Positions 12,135-20,000 of a stretch of 20,000 nucleotides of DNA are shown here, piece by piece. Under the pieces are notes generated by a model. It made no database searches, was not told the DNA's origin, and worked only from the letters and a program-made list of their open reading frames with translations. Each line of letters starts with the position of its first letter. Positions within the stretch are counted from its first letter, which is position 1. The position numbers were made by a program, and so were the translations under genes. Source of the stretch: Raillietiella orientalis (Eukaryota); assembly GCA_036172245.1 (NCBI GenBank), contig JAYWIR010000036.1, forward strand, positions 2,230,849 through 2,250,848, read 5' to 3'.

Positions 12135-13470
12135 CTGCAAGAGGAGGATAAGGGTTGAGATGCAGCGCAGTCAGAATGTCTCTCGCCCGGAAGAGGGACG
12201 GGGAAAGGGGAGGAGGTGGCGGAGGCGACCTCTACAGAGTTGCAGAAGCATGGCCTGAACCGACAAAACGATGGACGACTGCTTGAAGCTCGATGGTGCA
12301 GAACCACCGACGGGGTTCGGACATCGCAGAAGCCACTGCTTCTCTTGCGTTTCCGCGCGACGACAGCCACGCTCATCGTCCTCCCGGAGTTCAGCGAGCC
12401 GAAGGATGCACACAGCCTCGAGCAGCAATGCGGTTGCAGCGAGGGACGCGCGCTGATCGCACAGATGGCAGCAGAGGAAGGAGGGGGGGAGAGGGATCCG
12501 GAGAGCCACCTCTGAGTCCCTGCCAATTCCTCTTCGGTTCGTCACCCCGGCAGCTCTGAGCTCGCACGCGGAAGCCGACGCACCGGACGCGTCGCCTTGG
12601 AGACGAGCCATCTTCAGGTGGAGAAGAGGCGACGGTCTCGGAAGCATCTGACGTTCCCGAGGATCACTGTAATAGACATGGTGGTTCTCGACGAACGCGG
12701 AAAAGTCTCGGTCTGGGATAGGACGGGGGTGCCAGTGTGCAGGGTAGAGAGGGAGGAATGACGCGCAGCTTGAGGCGCAGCCCGGAAGAGCAGCCTGAGT
12801 GACGAGAGTAGACAAGGGACGTGGGCTCGACATTCGTTGCGGTGTACGAAGACGAGAAAGACGGAGGGTCAAGCCGAGAGCAAGAGTGCAAGGTGGCGTT
12901 ATGCCTGAATTGCCTGCACAACTTTTCAATTGCTCTGAAACCCTGCTGAAGAGGGTTCGCCTTTTGCGGAGACGAAGTAGCATGGCAAGAGGCAGGTCGG
13001 AGAACCGCGAAGGTAGCCATGTTTTCCTGAACTCCCTTTTCCCCGTTCCTTAAGTCCACGGCGATCTGCGAGCTACCCGGGAGGCAGCAGAGGATGTGCT
13101 GTGTCTCCGTTACTTACAGAGCAAGCTCCTATGCACGCAGGACGTTACATTACATGTGAGCGCAAACGTTTTTCGCATCTCTGTAATACGAAAGGAAATT
13201 TTTATATCTGGCGTTCGACGACCGAGTGCTTCTTCATATCTGGCATTAGATGGCGCATTAGATGTATACGTATATAAAATGGTGTCCGTATAATCAGGAC
13301 CCACGGCGGCACCCGTCTTTGCTCAATTGACTCACACAAAAGACTCGCACATTCCAAATTACTTATGTGAGTGAGTACATCCTCTTAACGTATTTATGAT
13401 GTGACGGATTGAAGGGGAGTGAGCATCTGGAGGGAAAAAAAAAATAGGGATGAGGCAACAGCGAGGCGAT

Positions 13471-13551
13471 GAGGTCAGTCGGAGGGCGTCTCCTGCACCC
13501 TGCCACCCGCACCCCTTCGTTCCTGCTCCAACCCTTTGCCCTCCTCCCCCC
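13471..13551. repeat. 81-bp direct repeat, copy 1 (intron 2)
   Basis: Ungapped 77/81 match to 16523-16603. Confidence 0.95.
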
Positions 13552-14960
13552 TTCACCAAGCATAGTGACGTGAGTTCGCAGGCACCGGTAAGCTGATCTT
13601 TGCGCGCTCCCTCGCAAGGCAGTTTCAGGTCCTCCATTGTTGCCTTCGTCACTATGCTCCATTGTTGCCGTTGCCACGGCTCTCCGCCTCGCATTCGCTC
13701 TAAGAGGGTGGCTGCGCGCGCGTATTCGCTCCCTCGCAATAGAAGCTGCCTGCTTCCAGGGCGCTCTCTCCTGCCCGTGGGAGCTGGGCTGCCCACTCGT
13801 GCTGAGCGACAAATTCCGTCGGCGGGAGACCCGAGCTGGTTTTATTTTTTTTCTCTCTTGACGACTTCCTCGCCCCGCTCGCGCGCGCGGGGCCACTATC
13901 GCCACCCGCGGAGAGAGGCAGGCACTTTCCGCGCTTCTGCTGCTTCCCTCCGAATGCTCCGCAGCGTGCGGTTAGGAACTAGACGATCTCCGCTGCCGAC
14001 CGCCGAGGTAGGGAGTGGAAAAGAGTGGGGCTCCCTTCTGGGCTGTCGCTGCTGCTGCAGAGGCGGCTGCGCGTTGTTAATCTGTCCTTCGGCTGCACAA
14101 CTCGCCTCGCGAGCGAGTTGCAGTGCAGAAGGCGGAAGGAAGAAGCGGTGATTGGGAGTGGTCACCTCGCTGGGCGGCAGCGCCGTCATCCCCGAACCTG
14201 CGTCGCTCGGGACGCGCGCACCCTCCAGCCCGGATGTCTTTCTCGTCTTTGCACACCGCGAAGAGCGGTCGCGCCCATGTCCTTTGCCCACTCTTTTCCC
14301 TCAGACGACCCTTCCGAGCCGCCTCAACTGTTTCATAGGTTCCCAGTTGTTTCATGGTGCTGATCTTCGCCTCGGTCTCTCGGAGCTTCCCGGTGTCCAG
14401 GCGCCCTGCGCACCTGAACCCGGACAGCGACAGGGAACAGAACTTTTCTCTCATTGGTCATGGTGCCTCTCCTGGCATGATCGGGGAGCTGATAATGCCG
14501 CCCCGGCCACGTCTACCATCACGTGGTCAGTAGAATATACGAGGGCACGAAGGACGGCCTGAACTGAGCCAAGAGATCTGCCCCAGCATCTGAAGGTGCT
14601 CGTCGTGCAGAGGCGGAAGGACAATGGGCGTTCGGATGTATCCCGAACTGTTGCACACCTTTCCCGGGAGGTACCTCGCGCCAATGAAAACAAAAGGGTG
14701 GCCCGCTGAGAGAAAGGTGGTAATGTGCAGGGCTGTTCCCGGTTGTCTGGCGCCCCCGGCACAGTTTGGGAGGCTGGAAACCCCCGGGAACTCCGGGGAA
14801 AACCCTAACGGCTGCTCGCTCCGGGAGACGGCACGACCCCTCTGGTTTCAAGCAGCTGCTTCCGAACTCGTCAAGACCTCGCCCATACGTAGAGAATTCG
14901 TGGGCAAAACGCTCCCTAGAAGCGAGGCGAGCGGGATGACTCCTCGGAGGAGGAGAGGTC

Positions 14961-14978
14961 CAGCAGCAGCAGCAGCAG
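14961..14978. repeat. (CAG)6 microsatellite
   Basis: cagcagcagcagcagcag. Confidence 0.85.
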
Positions 14979-16326
14979 TCGTGGGAGCTACACTCTGATC
15001 TTAGTCGAAAGCCGAGAAGTGATCCGCCGTGACCCACGGCACGGCCGTTTCGAGGGGCAGGAGTCTTGTATTTCCGGTCGCAGGGAAGGATGCAGGAAGG
15101 GGGGCGGGTTGCCGCGGAAACGGGAGGACCCTCCTCGAGCTCGGCCCGGGCCGCTCGCCTTATGCATCCACTCCGTCTAGAGCGATGTCTCGGTTCCCTG
15201 CGCGATCCGATCTCGCAGCTCTTCGCCCTCTGGAGATTTCCGCGCAGGTGGACGACCCCGCCCACCTGGGCAGCAGCGTGCAGGAGGACTCTGGCGTTTC
15301 CCAGAGTGGCCGATGGAAAGAGCGCCTTTCTCCTCTTCCAGCTGGGCTGTTCGGTCCTCTTCCAGTCCGCTCGTAGTCTGATCCCACTCCCGTCCGGAGC
15401 AGAAGCCTCGTAGAGAGCGAGCGAGCCTTCCGGGAGAGGCAACTCCCAGCTCTCTGCTTCTGTAACTTTGAGCGTGGATCAGTAGTGCACGCATGCACGC
15501 CCGAGAGGAAAGGTTTGCAGGACCCCTGTGTGCTCGCAGCCGGAGACCTTCTAGCGCGCCTCACCAGAGGGAAACCCATCGCCGCGAGCAGCAAGGCTGG
15601 CGCCCCGGTTCCCCATCGCCTTCGAATTCCCGGGGGGAAAAGCGCCATTTCCCCACGTCCATCCCTGGAGAAGAGGGGGAGGGGGGAACCGCCTCGAAAG
15701 GTCCCGCCTGCCGGAAGCTGCGTGCGCCTCCTGAACCTCACCGACCGTCCTTCTCAGAGTCGGTCATTTCGCAGTGCAACCCCTTCGGATCAGCTACCCA
15801 CCAACGCTGCATCCTTTAACCCCTCAGGAATAGGCAGCCGTCCGTCTACCGGGCTGCTGATCTCTCTCGGGCTCCCCGGGGGACCCGGGAAGTTCGCGCA
15901 GCTCAGAAGAAGGCGAAGACCGAGCCAGCCTCTCTTCTACTCCGAGCTGACCCGTGACCACAGTGCGAGTCGGTAGACTTTCAATCCAGTGTGTCGAGCG
16001 CGGACGCTGCTCTGGGATGGAGCGGGGTGGATGGGGTCCGTCTCGAGGAAGTCCAGGGTCCGCTCTGCAGCGATCAGTTCGGTTCGACCTGTTTCAGAGC
16101 AGCAGGTCAGGTCTGCGACCCTCACCGGGGGGGATCTCTCCACGCGCTGGTCCGCGGAGGACCTCCCGGGTTCCGGTAGGGCGTAGGGGCAAGCGAGAAG
16201 CCCCTCCCGGTCGCTCCTGTCAAACCCGGGGGATCAAAGAAATGTGGGAGACAGCACCCTACTTCCCCCTCTTCCCCCCCTCTTCCCCCGGGGAGGGGGA
16301 TGCCCCCGAGTCCAGTGTGCACTGAC

Positions 16327-16505
16327 CTTCTCCACGCCGAAGTTACCCGCGTTCCAGGAGATCACGGGGATGCCCAAATAGCCGGTGAGCTGCAGGAAGT
16401 ACTGCGCAGACGCAACATTCTGGGCGTAGTGCTCGGCGTTGGTGAAGTACAGGATGGTGGAGACGTTCTTCCTGAGGAACCGCTCGCAGAGCAGGTTGAG
16501 GATGG
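16327..16505 (-). CDS. Nmdar2: Nmdar2-like coding exon 2 (ATD)
   Basis: Acceptor tttcctgccag, donor AAG|GTCAGT. Encodes (T)[79 protein letters not shown] is typical of invertebrate NR2. 179 nt, phase 1 to 0. Confidence 0.95.
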
Positions 16506-16522
16506 CTGGCAGGAAACAGCGG

Positions 16523-16603
16523 GAGGTCAACCGGAGGGCGTCTCCCGCACCCTGCCACCCGCACCCCTTCGTTCCTGCTCCAACCCTTTGCTCTCCTCCC
16601 CCC
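16523..16603. repeat. 81-bp direct repeat, copy 2 (3' end of intron 1, next to the exon 2 acceptor)
   Basis: Ungapped 77/81 match to 13471-13551. The minus strand contains GGGG-tgc-GGG-tggca-GGG-tgc-GGG. Confidence 0.95.
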
Positions 16604-17244
16604 GCCGCCTTTCGACGAGGACATCCGCTTCTCGCGCCACTGGACAGCTCCGAGTGCTCTCCCCGAGATGGCAGCGCACCTGCGCGGCGTTGCCGCCAGA
16701 GGGCTCCTTCACGCCCAAGGTGGAACCACCCCCCTCCCCCTTTCGTTCCTACGCCCGAAACTTCGCCATGGCACTGCCTAGGAGCGGCTGAGAGCGCATC
16801 GCCTGGCATCATCCCGGAGACGAAGGGGCGCTCCCGAGGCGCGACGGTTTCCCTCGCGCTGCCTCACGCAACTCCGCGGTGCTGCATCGGGAGGGCGCGG
16901 ACCATGCCCTCGCGATTCTCAACGCTTCATCTCGTCTGTCCCAAAAGAAGGGGTGCTGTCCTTCACCCCATCCCATCCCCTTCCTGCAACGGGAAGCCCA
17001 GCCGGAGGAGCGCGGCGCCGGGTTCAAACTATGAGACCTCCCCTTATTTTACTCCACTGACTCCTTCCCGCGTAACTTCCAGGAATTCCTGGCCTGCGCG
17101 ACTCGGGGTCCGCTGCCCTTCTCGAGCTCCAAGCGGTTGCATAAAAACCACCGCCTCGCCCGTTTCCTCCGAGTGCCGCTGCGTGCGACCTTCCGTGCCC
17201 TCGAGCGTTCTTTCCGCGCCCCTTCCCGCCCCGCGGAGACTCAC

Positions 17245-17581
17245 TCATAGGGCTGGGGTCCCCCGGCATCATGGCGACGTCGATCTCCGAGCGGCCAACC
17301 GTGTACCTCGACAGGAACTCGAAGCGCGGCCTCGTCTTGTTCCAGCCGACCAACGCCAGGTAGATGGCCTTGTGGTAGTCACGCAGGCGGAAGTTGGAGT
17401 AGGGCAGGACCACCCCCAGGCGGAGACGGGGGTGGCTTCCTCCGCTGGCGTCTCCCTCGTGGTCGTGGTGGATAGGCGGCGGCGATGACGGCGGCGGAGT
17501 GGCTCCCTCCGCGCGGGGGGCAGCTGCCAGCACGGCGACGACGGCGACCAGTGTTGCGAGGCAGCGGCTCCGAGCGCCCAT
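17245..17581 (-). CDS. Nmdar2: NMDA receptor subunit 2-like, coding exon 1 (signal peptide and start of amino-terminal domain)
   Basis: ATG in strong context (GTCATGG). Hydrophobic signal peptide MGARSRCLATLVAVVAVLAAAPRAEG, then RLRLGVVLPYSNFRLRDY...MMPGDPSPM, resembling the start of the arthropod NR2 ATD. Donor A|GTGAGT at 17244; 337 nt, phase 1. Confidence 0.9.
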
Positions 17582-17785
17582 GACCCCGGAAGGGGTCGCG
17601 CGGGGGGAGACAGCGACTCTGGAGCTGATCCTAGAGCAGGGCAGCAGCTGAGCTCTCCGCCTGAAGAGGGTGGAGAGTCCTCTTTAGAAGGGTCATGGAA
17701 AGGGCAGGAGCAGAAGCGGAGAGCAGTCGTCGATCTTTTATGGGTCCTCGCCCCTTCCGCCCATTCCCTTCCTCTGATCCCCTAC

Positions 17786-17918
17786 CATCCCCACACGCTG
17801 CCGCGGTAGCGAGACAGCAGTCACTAGGCGCGACGAAGACCGTCTCCCGGCAACGGACGCAACTTCCGTGTGGGGCCGCGCGGGGTCGCATCTCTTCGTA
17901 CGGACGATGCTCCTGCTC
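17786..17918 (-). other. Candidate Nmdar2 5'UTR exon containing an upstream ATG
   Basis: Acceptor cctgtcctctcccag and donor GATG|GTAGGG. Downstream acceptor ccaccctcttcag (AG at 17662-17661) would open the exon holding the main ATG, giving a 125-bp intron. Confidence 0.4.
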
Positions 17919-19019
17919 CTGGGAGAGGACAGGCTGGCAGAGGGCTGTGCGGCAAAGGCGGAGGAAATCCCTCAGGATCGCCCGTCCTTTGGGCGAGGAG
18001 GAATAGCTCAGGCGAACAGGCCAGCCGAAGTCAGGAGGGAAAAGGTGGTGTACGGCTGGAGGACGCCCTCGGCGTGGGATGCGGCAAGGCTTAGGGAGGT
18101 CGAAAGTTGGGAATTCGGGAGTTAGGTTCGAGGGCAGAGGAGGGTGGGGGCAGATGACCGTGGAAGTTGGCACAAGTTCCTAAGAGGGAGGTTTCCGGGG
18201 AAGAGCGGAAACCCCGTACTGCTTCTCCCTCTTCAGTGTTCCTTTCCCTGCTCCCCTCCTTCGTCCTCATGCGTTCTTCCCCGTTCCCCGCTTCCCCACC
18301 CACCCACCTCCTTCTGCGTTCTGCGATTCCTTCTTAGAACCGGGATCGCAGTCACCGGAAGTCCTTTTTGTCATCCCTAGCTTCTCCCTCCCCCCGGTCC
18401 TGCCGTCGCTATGGAAACCGCGAGGGTTCGCTCGAGCGCTCGCCGAATGGGGCCAATACGTTGGAGCCTTTCTTCCCCACATCCGTCCGCCGCTGCTATC
18501 CCTTTCTCCCCCATCCTTCTGCAAATCCCCTCGTGCGAAAACGTAAAGGGAGGAGGAAAAAGAGAAAGCATAGAGGAAGGGAGGAGGAGGAAGAAGCGAT
18601 GGTGCTGAGGCGCCTCGGTTCTCCTCTTAGGGGCAGATGGGACGATGGCATCACGACAAACGGCGGCGGAGGCCGAACGCGAAGCCGTCGGCGGCTCCCC
18701 GCATGCGGGGGTCGGACGGAACCCCGACGCGGTCCCTTGAGGTCACGTGCCCGCGGCGGTGGGCCTTAGCCTGCGGGTCGTCCGAGTATACCGCGCGTCA
18801 TTTATTTTCCACGAAGAGTCTTCCGTGACGGGCCCTCCTGTGTTGCTGCTTTCTTTCTTCGTTCCTGGCACCCAAGCTCCCTTCCCTTCATTTCGACAGG
18901 CTCCGCGAATTTCTCGGGTTTCGGGCGTGAAGACGTTCACGCGGACCGCCCTCGATGCGCGATGCATCGTCTGCTGACTTGAGCTAACAAGGACGCCGCT
19001 CTGTGCAGCATACTGAGCA

Positions 19020-19125
19020 GCCTACTTCAACTATTTATAGATATGTATAACAATGAAACGTCTCAAAAATAACGCTGCCTACTTCAGCTATTTATAGATA
19101 CGCATAACAATGAAACTTCACAAAA
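19020..19125. repeat. Tandem duplication, period 57 bp
   Basis: gcctacttcaactatttatagatatgtataacaatgaaac (19020-19059) versus gcctacttcagctatttatagatacgcataacaatgaaac (19077-19116): 37/40 identical. Confidence 0.93.
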
Positions 19126-19319
19126 GTGATGTTTAGCCTAGTTGCGCTCCCCCCGCTCATTTCCACCCAACAGACGTGAATTGAGCACCTGCAGTCCGCA
19201 CCGCTTACACCTTTGCTGCTGAATGAGGACGTGAAGTACGCAAACACTGCGCTTTCAGTCCGATGGCTGCTGGTTGCCAGAGCACCCACGCGCACGCCGC
19301 GTTTTTGAGCGAACGGGCA

Positions 19320-19435
19320 GCGGAACGCCCAATCAGCGCCGTGTTCGCATCCCAACGAAGGCCAAGCGTGGCCAATGGAATGGATTTGCATACAAATGAA
19401 TTAACAAGTTCCGTACAGGTACGCGCTCAGTGTTG
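19320..19435. promoter_or_regulatory. Candidate Pol II promoter/enhancer cluster: two CCAAT boxes, an octamer and an Inr-like TCAGT
   Basis: CCAAT at 19329 and GGCCAATGG at 19370-19378; ATTTGCAT at 19384-19391; TCAGT at 19427-19431. About 1.8 kb upstream of the Nmdar2 ATG. Motif matches only. Confidence 0.45.
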
Positions 19436-20000
19436 CACACGCTGCCTTGCTGTTATCGCAGCTGCTCTCTGAGTGACGAGCACGTGGACATGGTGGCTTG
19501 TGCGTGTGTGGGCGACTTTACCCGTGAGTACGAGAAGGGGTATCAAACACACGTGCAGTTGGAACACTGGAAAGCGAATAGCTGAAAGAAATCTGCAGAG
19601 GCGCCGAGGGAGGGTACGGAACGAAGTGGGTGGTCATGCGATAAGAAGCCACGGTCGCCGCTCAGAGCATTCCATCCTTCGAGGAGGAAGAAAGTACGTA
19701 CGTCACACTTCAAGTAAGCGAACGCAACGGGTGACAACACTGCACCAGAGGTGTCGCAGTGGATCGCGGTGGCAACCGATCTCGGCGCGTGCGCTTCGGG
19801 CGAACAGAGACAGCGCAGTGCTTCGTTTTCCCCGCGACCGAGGGGTTTGCGTCACGGTGCTAAAGGGACGTACGCCCAGACTATGGCAACAGCAACCCAC
19901 GCTGGGTGCCGCTTTCCGCCCTCATTAACTAAATGGAAGGAAATTGTGTCAGCATTATAAATGTGGACTGATGGCTGGTCACTGCGTCAAGTGAGGGAAC

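Larger units (their letters stand above)
11300..18660 (+). pseudogene. Block B: decayed or unresolved plus-strand gene-like sequence interleaved antisense with Nmdar2 exons 3, 2 and 1; paralogous to block A
   Basis: Same collinear anchors at offsets of ~6.7-8.0 kb. In-frame stops at 14149 and 15974, plus frameshifts. Candidate in-frame intron 16176-16781 spans Nmdar2 exon 2. Boundaries approximate. Confidence 0.5.

Noticed and set aside
14519..15442. 307-aa minus-strand ORF with an ERFxHE match to ~7750
   Set aside because: Other anchors such as RLER are non-synonymous in the minus frame. The poly-Cys comes from the (CAG)6 repeat. Probably a shadow of block B.
16439..17488. 349-aa plus-strand ORF as a stand-alone gene
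   Set aside because: No ATG start, and both ends are antisense shadows of Nmdar2 exons 2 and 1. Only the middle belongs to block B.
4080..18660. Blocks A/B as recognisable transposons, or as genes using stop-codon recoding
   Set aside because: No RT, integrase or transposase motifs, LTRs or TIRs seen. Stops are not at matching positions and frameshifts are also present, which fits decay better. A TE origin is not excluded without a library search.
19020..19125. CRISPR-like repeat-spacer array or other prokaryotic system
   Set aside because: Only two imperfect units, no cas genes, and spliceosomal eukaryotic context.

Overview
Eukaryotic, probably arthropod, genomic DNA. The minus strand carries the 5' part of an NMDA-type glutamate receptor subunit 2 gene (Nmdar2/GluN2-like). 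Nine coding exons from ATG 17581 to the window edge splice through canonical GT-AG introns with consistent phases into 598 aa: signal peptide, amino-terminal domain and the S1 half of the ligand-binding domain. The gene continues beyond position 1. The most unusual feature lies in the introns: two long, old, collinear paralogous blocks (A ~4080-10520, B ~11300-18660) that resemble each other mainly in plus-strand (antisense) translation and contain stops and frameshifts. Block A lies wholly in intron 3. Block B is interleaved with Nmdar2 coding exons 3, 2 and 1, and A lacks counterparts of those exons. Also present: a recent 81-bp intronic duplication with a G-quadruplex motif, a candidate 5'UTR exon with a Cys-rich uORF, and an upstream CCAAT/octamer/Sox-motif region with a 57-bp-period tandem duplication. 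All alignments were made by eye.
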